64,000 nt of DNA, from NCBI GenBank assembly GCA_905178155.1, contig CAJINV010000004.1:9586625-9650624 (forward strand). The letters run 5' to 3'. This document shows, in pieces, positions 36,297 through 49,050 of this stretch. The notes below the pieces were generated by a model. That model had not been told where the DNA came from. It searched no databases and saw nothing but the letters and a program-made list of their open reading frames with translations. The number at the start of each line of letters is the position of its first letter. Position 1 is the stretch's first letter. Origin of the DNA: Amoebophrya sp. A120 (lineage: Eukaryota > Protista > Dinoflagellata). The position numbers were made by a program, and so were the translations under genes.

Positions 36297-37435
36297 GTGT
36301 GACTTTGCAGGCTTTGCCCCAACCCCAGAAACGGCAGCCGAATGGACTGCATTCACGATGGTGTGGCGATTTTCCAGGGTGCCCGAACAGGGCTCCAGAG
36401 TGGTGGGTCGAAAAGTGCTCAATTTGAGGAGCGCCGTTGGCCACGTATTACGATGGCAGAGCGGTTTTCCGGGCCGCCCAAAAGGGAATCAAAACTGTCA
36501 AACCCAAACCCCTCACCGCTCCTCCATTGAGCGCTGGGTTCTGGTCGCTAGCGCCAATGTTGGAGTGATCTTGCGGGGTGCCGTCCGAAAGGGAACCAAA
36601 ATTAGCGGGTCTTCCCGCGCTCCATTTGAGCGCTGCTTTTGGTCGCTAGCGCCAACGGCGGAGTGCTTTTCCGGGCTGCTCAAAATGTGCTCAAAAAGGC
36701 AGGCCAATTCATCGTGTTCCTTTTGAGCGCGGCCTTTGTCTTCCTGCGCCGATGGTCCAACGGTCCTCCGGACTGTCCGAAATGGCCCACCCGGTTTGGC
36801 TCTTGATCGCGGGGCGCGAGGGTGGATAATTGGCTCTCCGGGTAGGTAGCTGCCGAAAGGCGTCTATAGACAAGGTTTGGACTGCAGCTCATCGAGTGGT
36901 TGACGCCGTTTGATGTTGACTCGTTCGGATTTACATTGTTTCCTTCTACTTGTTCAGCTTCGCGCTCAACATGTGCACCATCCGACGAGTCGCAGCTGGC
37001 AGTACAGATCTTTCGTCTCATCGCAGCAAGGCCAGCAAGGCGCAAAAGTGTGAGCCGTTTCTTGATGTCACACGATCAATGTTCATGAACTAGAGGTTTA
37101 TACTTCTATTCGTTGTTAGCCGCACTGAAAACCCGAGCCCGACCAAGATCCTGATCGCTTATATATTTTGCGAATTGAAAGAAAACAACAGTCCCGACGT
37201 CAGTATAGGTTTTTGTGCTCCGGTGTCAGAGGCATTTTCGTCGCTCGAGCAGGCAGACTCACTTTCATTTCCCTGTGTTGTTTCCCCACAAGAAGTTTAG
37301 AACTTCTCCTTTGCCAGTACTGTGTAGTCTCGTTTAGTAGTAGTTGTGAACAAGCTTATGTGCCAGTTGTACCAAGAACGGTCTAGTTGAAGAGTTTGAA
37401 TTACAACACCCAACTAAGTAGTACCGTCTTCCAAT

Positions 37436-40034
37436 ATGTCTTCGTCCCAGTACGGGAGTTTTTTTTCCTTCGCCCAACCCCCCGGAGTTGGAGCCCCGCC
37501 GGCACCCGGTGGCGCTGCTAACCAGCAACAGCAAGCAAACCAAGCACGACCTCCGAGCGCGAAGAAGGCACGAAGGACCTCTTCCCCCGGAAGCCGAAGC
37601 AAGGATGTGGTTATGGGCGGCACGACAACACTGGGTGGTGGAACGACAACTACAGCCGGCCCAGCAGCGGGCAATAAAATGTCCATTACCGGCCTTCCCA
37701 ATTATCCCCCAGCAGGCTCCAACATGTTGAACCGTGCGTCCACCGCCACCAGCGGGTTTCCGACTGCTGCAACGGGGTTCGAAAAGACGAAAAACCGCCA
37801 GTGGACGGAAAAGTATCGGCCGAAGAACTTGAACCAGATCGCCGCGCAGAAGGACGCCGTGGACCTCTTGCGCGCGTGTTGCAAGGACCAGGAGTTCCCC
37901 TCTTTCCTCTTCCACGGGCCCCCGGGCGTCGGGAAAACCACCGCGGCGCTGGCGTTTTGTCGGGAACTGTTCGGAGCAGATTTCGATAAACGCGTGTTGG
38001 AAATGAACGCGAGTGACGTATTGAGAGGAAAAATCCCCCCTCCCCATATCGAGCAGGTATGTTTCCGAAAACTTGTCTTGCTGATTTGAGACCACAAATC
38101 ACGCCCGTCTTGCAAGGAGCCAATTGCAGAGGCTTCCGCGCCACTATGGAAGCGACTTGGCATGCGGTTGGGCCTAGGGGACAGCTGTTTGTAATGCTAA
38201 ACAACTAGACCCAGTCGCCCCTCCCTAGGCCGAGGATCTGGCTGCGATGCCGTATTGCAAGACAGCGCGCATCTGTGTACGAAAATCCAGCATCACAAAC
38301 CTCGTCTCGATATGGGGAGGGGGGTTTTTCCTTCTGATATGACGAGCGCGGGATCGAGGCCGTGCGGAGCCGGGTGAAAACGTTTTCGCAGATCTCCTAT
38401 GGATTGTAAAAATGTCTGGGTCTGGAAACTTGTGATGCTGTTAGTTTGTGCATGACACAGGAGGTCTAGCATGCAAGTCCTAGCAACACAGTTTTTGAGC
38501 AGGTTAGGCGATGCCGAATCCGCATGACAAGTTCCCTCTTTTGGTAGCAAGAAGTGAGCAGCTTTTGCGGTCCATGCATGACAGATTTTTTTCTGTTCTC
38601 ATATACGCATTAGAAGTTTACATGTTTCCAGTCCCGGACATTTTTACATTTGATATCTCCTGTGGCGTAAGTGCGAGGCCGAACGAGAAGGGTGCTGGTG
38701 GAGGTGGGAAAATGAACATCAAAGTATACGATCTTTTTAGGTACTGATGTAGGCGATGATGTTAATGTGTCGCGTGCTGTTGGATCCAGATGATGAAGAG
38801 GACGTAGACCAATCATGAACAACTGGTTGCAAGATTTTTTTCCATATGCTTTCGCCACACCAACCTCAAGGTGATCATCCTCGACGAGGCAGACCAGATG
38901 ACGAAGGAAGCCCAGGGGGCCCTCCGGCGGATCATGGAGCAGTACGTGAAATCGACTCGGTTTATCATCCTGTGCAACTATGTCTCCCGTATTATCGATC
39001 CGATCCACAGCCGGTGCATGAAGTTCGAGTTCAAAGCCTTGCCGGACAACGACCATTTAACCCAGCTTCAAAAAATCGCTATCCTGTGCAAAAGTATCGT
39101 ACTCGTATTGCAATTATGCATTACAAATGGCAAATCAGCATTACACATGCTGAGGAAATTTGTCATGCATTTATACGAATACGATACTTTTCCACAGGAT
39201 AATCGCGACCGCGGAGCAACTGACCGTCGCGCCGAACGACTTGTCGGTTTTACTAACGCTTTCCGGCGGCGACCTTCGGCGGAGCACGACGTTACTGCAG
39301 ATGGCGGCTGCGGTGGATGGACAGGAGAATAACAACACGCTGACAGCCGATCATTTCTACAAACTGTACCAGCGTGTCCCGCCGGAAATTTTGCGGAAGT
39401 TGCTTCATGAAGTGTGCTACATTAAGGAACACCCAAGAGGTTTGATCGAGGTGAATAGTTTCGTCGAGCGCCATCTGATCCGCGAAGGGCATTCGTTTGC
39501 CAAGGTGATGGACGATTTGTTTGATTATGTGAGGCAGCGAGGGGCCTACGCGGCGCTGAAACTGGATCCGAATTTTCCGGAAATCTCGGCGATGCGGGTT
39601 GCATACATCTCCAGGTTGATCGCGGAGTGCAGTTATGCATTGCAAAAGTAGCATCGCCATCGCCCACTAAGAAGAAAGATTGCATCTGCATCACAAATAT
39701 GTTGTTCAGTCGCTTAGTACGAATTTCCAGCTGGAAATCGAAAGTCGCGCACGTTTTGGGCCGTGTGGGGGAGCGAAGTGTCTTGTTCCCGACCTGACTC
39801 AGCAACAGCAGCGCGCATGACTGCAATTACCTTCTAATATACGAGTGCGATATAATGACTTTTGCAAGCCATAACAGTGAGAAAGTGACGATTTACCGTA
39901 GTAGTGAGTCCGTGCAAATGCGGTACTTATTCCAGCAAATCCGGATGACGTTGACCCACCCGTCCGACCCGTCGGTGCCGAAGCCTTTTCCGGAAGAGCT
40001 GGTGAAGTTGACGCAGATAGCGGGTGGCGCATAA
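37436..40034 (+). CDS. RFC4: Replication factor C small subunit (human RFC4 / yeast Rfc2-like)
   Basis: [22 protein letters not shown]|[26 protein letters not shown] and GDLR motifs. Introners 38019, 38398, 39080, 39634 and GT-AG intron 38724-38870. Confidence 0.9.
38019..38339. mobile_element. Introner family E
   Basis: TIRs; DR TGACG; splits the conserved NASD|ERG motif. Confidence 0.92.
38398..38655. mobile_element. Introner family A
   Basis: TIRs; DR TCTCC. Confidence 0.9.
39080..39201. mobile_element. Introner family B (short)
   Basis: TIRs; DR ATCGC. Confidence 0.9.
39634..39873. mobile_element. Introner family B-like (long, diverged)
   Basis: TIRs; DR GCAGT/ACAGT. Confidence 0.78.
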
Positions 40035-40782
40035 CATCAGGAGCGGCCCTGTGAAAGGATCGTACGATGAACAAAGCGTCAACCACTTACAAACAACTTC
40101 ACATCAGAGTACGCGTTCTGTCATATAGACACGACGGCACTTAGCGACCTTCCAATAACATCCACAAGACGACGGTGCCCTACTTGCCTAAGGCAGAGAA
40201 CACTCGAAATGGATGCACAGTAACGTAGCTGTGTTCATCATCTGTGCGAGATATTCGGTGACTCTGTACTAGTGGTCGACATCAGGATCATGATATGCTT
40301 CAACTATGATTTCGGTTAATGCAGTTGCAGCTCGGCATACGTGAGCATTTTTGGAGAGTGGTAGGGTAGATGAAGAGTTCATCACGGTAACAAGGCATAA
40401 CCATGCGAGCCATTTTTTCGGTCGTATCGCGGAGGCAACAAAACCAAAAGTGTAGTTGATACGCGCAGAAATAAACATCAGCCACCCTCCTGTTTCGTAC
40501 ACAGAATTTACTGCTTCAATAGCCACCGCAATTGATATATACACCGCTTAAGTATTAAAAGACCTACTTGTTCCGTTACCCGAGTGTCTACTTTCTCAAA
40601 CTACTAAGCTGCACAAGCTAATTTTGAGCTCGAGCTTTGAACTGGGTTGATAATAACTTACGGTGCTAACAATAATAAATAAACCTCTGACTTGTCATTT
40701 TTTTTCCTTTAGTGTGAAAAAAAAGGCTGATCATCTCGAACATCAAAACAAGAAAGGACCACGACCTCACCGCGGTGGTACG

Positions 40783-42783
40783 ATGAAATTGAAATATTTC
40801 CTTCAACTGGGAGCAGCACTTCCTTCCGAGCAACACCTCCTTGCCGACGCCGCCGCTTGCAGCGCGACGTGCGCCAACGAATTCCGCACGGGGTGTTTCA
40901 AGCATCAATGCACGATCATGGGGAAAACCACGGCCGCTGCGATCAACGCCTGCCGGCACGAGCTGGACAACCAGATCGGCCCGATCGCCAACCGTTGCCC
41001 GGGGGAAGTCGGTTGCACGGTATGCATTGCAAAAGAAACAATCGTACTAGTATAAATTGCATTACAAATTGACTCAGCATTACAAATTAAGTTTGTCATG
41101 CGGATTTGCCTTAAGAAAAAGATTTGTAATGCATAAACGCAATTAGTACGAGCACGATACTTGTTTTGCACTGCATACTCGTTGACAACAAGCGATTTGG
41201 ATTGTTCCACCCAAGTCGGCCCCTCTGCAGCCGCGCAGGCGGCGCACGTATCAAATGTAAAAATGTCTGGGTCTGGAAGAATGCAAGTTTGTCATGCTTG
41301 TCTGGCATGATTCGAGAATCTGGGTTGCATAGGCACCAAAAGGCCCTATTACCTTTCATGCGAAAACGCAGTTTGCCATGCGGAATACGTAAGACATGGC
41401 AGCCAAAAAATTTGTCATGCATAGCTGCGTACTGCAGTGCGTCTATCATTCACTTTTAGCATTACAAGTTTCCAGACGCAGACATTTTTGCACTTGATAG
41501 CACGCGGCGCGTTGCAAGACCGCGACGCCGACGACACCGGATGCGTACTCCGCATCGTCGTTTGGCGCCACGATCCGCATCGTCGGCGACAGCTGCTTGT
41601 CCGGCGACGGCGTGCAAGCGGGACTCGCAGAGACGCTGCAGACGACCGTGACCAATTGCGCGAAGGGCGGCGCGAAATTGTCCGAAATCTACTCGTATCC
41701 TGTGCAAAAGTATCGTACTCGTAGTAATTGCGATCATGCATGACAAACATCCCTTTTTAGGTAAATCAGCATTACAAATTCCATTTTTCTTTTTGAAAAA
41801 ATTTGTGATGCAATTTATACTAGTACGATACTTTTGCAATGCATAACTCTTTGCAGACCGCGTGCTCGTCCGATAGCAACTGTCCGAAGTGGTCCATTGT
41901 GGGTGGCGGACGCAACGGGGTCGGAACCTCCGCCGACTTCGGCGCGACGCCCGCCCCGACGACCACGCTGGAAGCGATGCGGATCTTAGTGAACCGGGAA
42001 ACGGCGGCCGGACGGAAGGTGGTGCTTTTTCTGTATCCGCCAGACCAGGCGACCGTCGACCCGGCGTCGGCCATCAACACGTTCCAGAACGAATTCAAGG
42101 AGGACCTCGTGAACAACAGCATATGCAATACAAGTTTCCCGTACATGTACAAGATGCATCACAAATTTCACCAATTTAAAGGGTAAAACTTGTCATGCTA
42201 GACTAGGATGGAGTCCAATTTTTGTCATGCAGAGACCGCATGTGTACGTGCTGTACGGGAAATTTACATTGCATACAGCACGGTCTTCGTCTACGACCCG
42301 CGGTTGGATACGCGGTTCGATTTCCTGGACCCCAATTCCCGCCAGTACCGCGCGACCGACAACTCGCATCCGAGCGAGCTCGCCCGGACCGAGATGGGAA
42401 AAGCGCTCGGGGCGCTGATTCAGCAGTGGACTTCTGCCGCAGGGAGTAGTAGTTCAAGTTCTTCTTCGGGAACGGGTACTGCAACTGGCACGGGTACTAC
42501 GGGCAGTACGGCCGGGACTGGGACGACCGGGACGACCGGCGCTACAACTACCGGCTCCGGTACCACTGGAACTGGTACAACTTCTGGCAACAACCCTGGA
42601 CAACAACAAGAAAACGGCGCCATTACAGTTTCGAACGCTGAAAAAGCGTCGGGCGGGCGGGGTCCGTTTTGGTCCAAGATTTTGTTTCTTGCAGGTGGAA
42701 GCTGGTGGCATGCGCGCAGGGCGAATCAGGGGAATCTACGGGGTGGAGCAGGGAGAGGTGGACGTCGTGGCCGGAACGATTAA
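40783..42783 (+). CDS. SGNH/GDSL-family hydrolase, probably secreted, with Thr/Gly-rich tail
   Basis: After splicing 4 introners: block I RIVGDS, block II NCAKGGA, block III VGGGRNG, block V DNSHPS. Cys-rich N-terminus and TG-rich linker. Confidence 0.75.
41021..41177. mobile_element. Introner family B
   Basis: TIRs; degenerate DR CACGG/CTCGT. Confidence 0.82.
41249..41499. mobile_element. Introner family A
   Basis: TIRs; DR GCACG; inverted copy of 27801-28052. Confidence 0.9.
41696..41845. mobile_element. Introner family B
   Basis: TIRs; DR ACTCG/ACTCT. Confidence 0.9.
42122..42275. mobile_element. Introner family H (TIR TATGCAATRYAARTTTCCCGTACA)
   Basis: TIRs; DR CAGCA. Confidence 0.88.
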
Positions 42784-43740
42784 ACGCACTACGTCGACGT
42801 GAACTAAGCGATCATTATTTTGGTTTCTTGAGCATGAACTTTCGAATAGATGATCGACGGCCTGATGTTGCGACAAGAGGCGCACTTTCATCAGTTACAG
42901 CAGTAAAGGAGGTGCAAATTCATGATGAGTCACGCCTAGTATCAGAATGGATTATAACTTCTACATACAAAAACAACACACAGCGCACGGCAATCTGCCA
43001 TCCCTATCTCGTGATCTGACTGCATGGAATTGAATTCGAACATCACTTAAACCACAATGTTGTTTCCACCATCCACCTGCATGGTATCGAAATCTCCACT
43101 ATCACACTGACAGCTTGGTGACGTTGTCGAAAATAAGTATGCCGCGACTGCAGTAGACGCGGATATTCATATTAATCACGACCGCGAGTAAATATTGAAT
43201 TGTTCGTGCTGTTGCGTATCGGTGTCTTTTGTCTAGGTAGCTCGTTAGGACAAAGACCTTCACTTCATTTTCCATGATCTCGTTCAGCATCATCTTCGTT
43301 TCGTCCAGCATTTTGCAGTGAGAAACACGTTGAGATCATGTCAATGTCTTTCACATCCTCACGTGCCAGCCACTATTCGTCGCATTAAAGTCGTTCACAA
43401 CTACTGCGTGCTAGGCCACAAAAAAGCTCGACGTCCCCGTGCAAGTATCGTCCTGAGTGCAGAGGTTTTTTTCCAACGTAACTACAGGAGAGCGGTTCTA
43501 CAGCCACTGCCACCTAACCAAAATGCTAGTTTTATTTTGCATGTTGAAACCGAAAGTGACGTTTTAGATCAGTCAACCTTGCTTTTTCAAACTGCAGTTA
43601 CACAGCAACTCCCAAAGACGGAACAGCAGCACGACTCCCACTGGCGTGCTTCGCATTTTCTCACTACCTTTCCACGCATAATTCGTACGTCAGATTTTTA
43701 CTTTTCGTAAAACACGACTCCAAGCTTGTACCCCACAAAA

Positions 43741-44911
43741 ATGTCCGACCCGTCCGCCCCGACGCTTTTAGAGCGTGTTTCCACCAAGGAGAAGAAGAAA
43801 AAATCCACAAAGGACGACGATTATGCATTGCAAAAGCATCGTACTAGTATGAATTGCAATACAAATTTAGCATGAGAAACAAATGGAATTTGTAATGCGG
43901 ATTTGCCTTAGTAAAAAGATTTTTAATGCACCATGGCTGCAATTACTACGAGCCCGAAACTTTTGCAATGCATAACGACGATGACCTGGACCGGGACTGG
44001 AAGGCGGACTACAAGGCGCTGAAGAAGGCCACGTCTGCGGTATGAGAGGGCACAACCCCCCCCCTCCCCCTCATTTGTCATGCAAAATACCAAATCTAAG
44101 CCGCTGCCTTGTGGTACTGTTTGCATGACAGATTCCGGAAGCCCAAACAGTTGTACTACATTACGGGCATGAAGTTGTCATGCACAGACCTCATATGTGT
44201 GTATGTTTGTATTGCTGTTCATGCAATACAAATGAGGTGGAGCAGGGGGAGTTGTGCACTGTCATATGCGGAACAGAAGGAGCTGAAGGACTTGAAGGAA
44301 AAGTACACCTGCCCGGTATCCTGTGCAAAAGTATCGTACTCGTAGTAATTGCAGTCATGCATTACAAATTTTTTTCGCAAGGTAAAACAGCATGACAAAT
44401 TCCATTTGTCATGCTGAGCTAACTTGTATTGCAATTTATACTACTAGTACGATGCTTTTGCAGTTCATACCCGGTGGTCACTTACGAGGACAAAGACAAG
44501 TGGAAGGAGGCCTGCAAAGTTCTCGAGCGGGAGGTGGAGGAATTCTGCGAGCGGTCGCTGAAGGATCCGGGGAACCAGTTCGGAATGAAAGTGCTCGTCG
44601 AACTGGAAGAAATGATCGCGACCAAACTGCACCAGATTCTGATGGGCAAGCACAAGCAGTTCTGCGAGCTGAAGGCCAAGGAGATCCGGACGGCGCTGCA
44701 GGCGGCCAGCAACGCCTACATCGAGCGGGTGCGGGACGAGAGCGGGTTCCAGATCTCCAAACCCTATCCCGCGTTCAACTACTCCGTGGTCCGGCACATG
44801 ATGCTCGGGGTGTTTCTGGAAATTACGAATTCGAAAAACTTCCGGCTGGGGGCAAAACCGGAGGAGGTGCTGGAGTTGGAACGGAAAGCTGCTAAGTTGA
44901 AGAACAAGTAG
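43741..44911 (+). CDS. Hypothetical charged, helical protein
   Basis: ATG 43741; frame restored across introners 43822, 44041 and 44317; stop 44911. Confidence 0.8.
43822..43974. mobile_element. Introner family B
   Basis: TIRs; DR ACGAT/ACGAC. Confidence 0.9.
44041..44266. mobile_element. Introner family C
   Basis: TIRs; DR TGCGG. Confidence 0.9.
44317..44469. mobile_element. Introner family B
   Basis: TIRs; DR CCCGG. Confidence 0.9.
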
Positions 44912-46044
44912 CGGCTTCACGAAGTTGTGTTCACTTTCATCTTCGTGCCGGCATGCAAAATGTTGGCACGACTGAAAACGACCAGTCGTCACGCTTTGAA
45001 GTGCAAATAACTCTCTGGAGGACAATCCACGAGGACCATGATCATATCGGCGCCCTTTATTGATATCCATGATTTATTAGTTTACGTTTGTTTAGAAGCA
45101 TAGCCTGTTTCAAGAGTACGTACCTGGAGTATAGTTCGAAGCAGCTGCTGTTGCTGAACAGGAAACCAACAGTCCTTCGACCCATTAAAAATGCAGTCTA
45201 CAGGATCGACATATATTTTTTTAAAGTTTCGGCACCAACGCTTGCCGTAAAAAAGTTGCTATACTTCTTTGAATTCAGAATCAAACTTATACCAGTAGTT
45301 CAGATTATCTAATACGGTTTTACGTTAGTTTGCGTCGAAGTATGTTTGAAAATGGAAGAGGTGCGGATGGTTCTGTGGTGTATCGTTACCTCCACAGAAT
45401 TAGAAATGGGTTCTTTTGTTCAGATTTGAGTTCCCTTCAGTGAACAAGATCAAGAACTCTTCTTACAGCGGACTACCTGATCAGACCCAGACGCTCCTGT
45501 CAATTACCAGTCCATCGTTCGAAACAGGATCCAGAAAAGATCACGCAAGACGATCGGAAGTTCCAGTTCCTTTAGTCTGGACAGCTCCCCGTTCACGTTT
45601 GTGGAAGGATCAACGGGCGAACGGATATGGACCGTTCTGACATGCCAGATCGCGCCTGCTCTGAAACTGCAGATCTTGTCTCGACACTTTTTCAAGATGG
45701 ATCCGCGCAGGAAATGGCAATGGGTTCTGGAAACACAAAACTAGCATCGATAGCGCGCCTCGCTAAGCTATCTCTCTTCAAAAAACGAGGGCTTCTTTTT
45801 TTGATCATTTACAGGGGCTGTTTCATTCTCCATCTATAGCATTGTATTATCTTCATCTACTAGTACTGACGACGTACTACACCTTTATTCCAACTCAACA
45901 AGTTTCAAAAGTAACAAGTTTCAGCTCTGTAGCATCGTGGTTTCACAAAGTTCTATGATTTTTTTCGATAGCCCGTCTGAATACGATGTGTAGTCGTGTA
46001 TTTTTCATGGTCAGAACGGCAGCGAGACTCTACCTCAAATAAAA

Positions 46045-49000
46045 ATGAGTAAACAGAAGCAGCACTCGCCGCGAGTCGATATTTCCCCCAGCACTGTTGG
46101 GACCTCGACATCGAGCGCTTCTTCGTGTCCACGGGCGTTGAAGATCATCTACAATGGGCGCGATGGAAACAACTGGCAGGATCTCCCAAGCTCAGTGATC
46201 GGTAACCCGCGACACTATGCCTTGGTGTCCGAAGGGAGCGGGCAGTACCAGCAATCGAATTTGAAGTGTTTGATTTGCAGCAAGGTTCCTTCGCAGACTG
46301 GTGGGCTTCCGCAATGGAAAAACGTGAACTGGGACAACTACCACGCCGACGGCAAGACGCACAGGGACAATTTGCTTCACTCGTACAACAAGGGCGTGCA
46401 ATTCGAACGGCGATGCCGCAACGAATTCGGGCTTTACCTCATCGGCCAAAGCTCGTGGGTGTGTCCCCAGACGGCACAAGACAACCCGGAGCTGCAACGA
46501 GTTTACCGTGGCGACCTGGAAGCACAGCAGACGAATGCCTCGCATGGACGCTGCAAATCGGCGCCCAAGAGCGCGCCGAAGGGTACGGGAAGAGGCGCGG
46601 CAGGGCCCCTCTACAACAACAGAGCTCCTTCCTCTGCGTCGAGTTCTTTCTCGATGTGGCAGAGCCCGTCAGCGTATCCTCCAAGCTACGACGGGCCTAC
46701 CGACCTGTCAGTAGGCAGCGGGTCAAGAGACTCATCTCCATTCGGGCCGGGCAACACCGAACTTGGGCATTCTGCGATTCCGATATTGCTGCTTCCGCCA
46801 AGCCCACCGCAGTGGGACGGGGAAAATTGTCCAGCAGGAAGCTGGCAGCGCTTTTGTCGCCTTTTGACAAGTGGTGTTTTTGGGGCAGTGGCGGGCCGGA
46901 TGCAGGAATTTGCGCAAGACCTCGCCAAATTAGACGACACCCTACTTCGCGATGCATTTCTCGGCTCCGAATCAGGCACGACAGGCACCCACGCGGTCAG
47001 TCTGGAGGATATCCAGAATGGAAAGAAGTGGTATCTCGAACGGTTGCAGGCCCATCTTGCGGCCCAGGTGCCAGTAGCTCAGACTCAGACGAGCGCCGCT
47101 GGTGGACCACGTGCGGATACATCCCCGAGCTTGGAAAGATCATTTGGTTGGCCACGGGCATCAAACGGTGCAAACGACAAGGGCAGCAGCGGACCTTCAC
47201 CTCTGCCTGCCTCCACTGGGCCTGTTGCTGCTGCGTCGAGGTCGAAGACGGGTAGTCGTGCAACCGATCCTCCTGTTGGAGGCAATAAAGACCCCACTGC
47301 TGCAGCTTTACCGCGTTCACGCGGGAAAGGAAGCACGAAGCCGAGTAGCACCCCAGCCGCTCGTGCCTCCGGTGATGTACAACAAGGCCAGCAACCTGCT
47401 ACAGCTCACCGCAAGCGCAATAAAAACCCTCGTCCTCCTGTGAGGACAGTCGAAGTTTCGCTTGCATCACCGCCCGGGCCGTGGAATCCGCCTGTTTCGA
47501 CATCCTGGCCGAGCGGAAGCGCTACGGCCAGCGACCACGAGCGGGACGAGGTGGAGGAGCCGGATCCGCTGAGCGACCCGGCCTTCATGCGTTTGAACAT
47601 GGATCTGAGCAACATCATGAAGAAGCTGAGTAAAACGTCGGACAACCAGTTCCCTTCCGAGATTCGTGATTGGATAAGAGACCACCCCAGCCACGGCGTT
47701 TTCGAGAAATGGAAGAATGTGCTCAAGCGGGAACGCACGTACGATGACCTCTGCCAGACCGGGGACGAGTTCCAAATCGCAACAAAGGACATGGAAGGCT
47801 ATCTGAACTTCCTAGACCACGCACGCGATATTGAGCCTGCGCCCGAAGAAACGCTGCGGCTGATGCGCGAGCGTTTGGAGCCTGCAGGCCTCATTGACGT
47901 GTGCGGCGACACGTACAAAGACGCACTGCTTTACTTGCAGTTGCAAGACTTCCCTCAGCTTCGAGACATCATCCAGTTGATCGCCAAAAAGTGGAGGCAA
48001 CAGCCGCGGACGAAGCCGGCTGTCGAAGTGCCTGCTTGTGGCGCGGGAACAGCAAAAAGCAGTTGCTCGTCCAATTCGCTTCTAAAGCTTTTTCCAGACC
48101 CGGCGAGCCGGAAACTTGCAACGACTTTTCGGGATAACATTGGGAGAATAGAAATGTTCATTAAGCACATTCACAGCTTGCCGCATTTTGAACAATTTGC
48201 TCTTGAGGTGATTGGCGACGCGGAAGTGAAACGCACGTATCGCGAGGCGGCGCTTAGCCCCGGCGGGATACCAGCTGAGATGCGGCGCGTTCAGAATTTC
48301 ATCTGGAATCGTGGCCGCTGCCCGACCTGCAACACGTGCTGTGAGCCAACGGGAACGCAATGCACCACGCACGATCAATTTGGTGAGAACACAAGGCCCT
48401 CGTGGGCGAGCGATTGGGTAGACGAGAGATGCATGGCGCATTTTCTGTGGCCTTTGTTCCGTAATATGGTGGTGCACATGACGTGTCTGGCACCGTTTCA
48501 GATGTCGGAACCGCGGCAGTTCAGGCGCTTCTTTGACTTGAAAAATGGTTTGGTTACATGTCTGCAGAAGGAGTGTGGGCGAATCCTTCGCGAGGGAAGG
48601 CAGGGACGCGTGCCTGCGAGTGTAGACGCTGCGGAAAGTGCTGAGAGCGGGCGTATCGACGGAACGAAGATGCTATGGATGGTTCTTTTAGACAAGTACC
48701 CGTTTGTGGCCGAGCACGTGAACATGGTGCGCGGTGCCTGGAAAGTCCTCGACATACCCGCGTCCGGCGAGAACCATTATCATGGGCGATCGGAGTTGCA
48801 CATCGCCGCGTGGGAGGGAAGCCAGGAGCAAGTGCGACGCGTTTTGCAAAAATATAGACAAGGCGCGGAAGAACAGAAGATACCTCTTGGCATTTTTGTG
48901 GAGTACACGAACAGCTTCCGTATGACGGCGTTACAGGAGACGAGGAAAGCCGCCGAGTGGAAAAGATTCACGGATCGAGACGAAGCAGGCGCCGAAAACT

Positions 49001-49050
49001 TGGACGCCATTTGCAAAATCATCGAGGCTGCAATTGAGGAGGACGAATGA
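46045..49050 (+). CDS. Intronless 1001-aa protein with N-terminal C2H2 (U1-type-like) finger and C-terminal ankyrin-like repeat
   Basis: CLICSK...HADGKTH; GRSELHIAAWEGSQEQVRRVL...TNSFRMTALQ. Confidence 0.8.
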   Translation: MSKQKQHSPRVDISPSTVGTSTSSASSCPRALKIIYNGRDGNNWQDLPSSVIGNPRHYALVSEGSGQYQQSNLKCLICSKVPSQTGGLPQWKNVNWDNYHADGKTHRDNLLHSYNKGVQFERRCRNEFGLYLIGQSSWVCPQTAQDNPELQRVYRGDLEAQQTNASHGRCKSAPKSAPKGTGRGAAGPLYNNRAPSSASSSFSMWQSPSAYPPSYDGPTDLSVGSGSRDSSPFGPGNTELGHSAIPILLLPPSPPQWDGENCPAGSWQRFCRLLTSGVFGAVAGRMQEFAQDLAKLDDTLLRDAFLGSESGTTGTHAVSLEDIQNGKKWYLERLQAHLAAQVPVAQTQTSAAGGPRADTSPSLERSFGWPRASNGANDKGSSGPSPLPASTGPVAAASRSKTGSRATDPPVGGNKDPTAAALPRSRGKGSTKPSSTPAARASGDVQQGQQPATAHRKRNKNPRPPVRTVEVSLASPPGPWNPPVSTSWPSGSATASDHERDEVEEPDPLSDPAFMRLNMDLSNIMKKLSKTSDNQFPSEIRDWIRDHPSHGVFEKWKNVLKRERTYDDLCQTGDEFQIATKDMEGYLNFLDHARDIEPAPEETLRLMRERLEPAGLIDVCGDTYKDALLYLQLQDFPQLRDIIQLIAKKWRQQPRTKPAVEVPACGAGTAKSSCSSNSLLKLFPDPASRKLATTFRDNIGRIEMFIKHIHSLPHFEQFALEVIGDAEVKRTYREAALSPGGIPAEMRRVQNFIWNRGRCPTCNTCCEPTGTQCTTHDQFGENTRPSWASDWVDERCMAHFLWPLFRNMVVHMTCLAPFQMSEPRQFRRFFDLKNGLVTCLQKECGRILREGRQGRVPASVDAAESAESGRIDGTKMLWMVLLDKYPFVAEHVNMVRGAWKVLDIPASGENHYHGRSELHIAAWEGSQEQVRRVLQKYRQGAEEQKIPLGIFVEYTNSFRMTALQETRKAAEWKRFTDRDEAGAENLDAICKIIEAAIEEDE

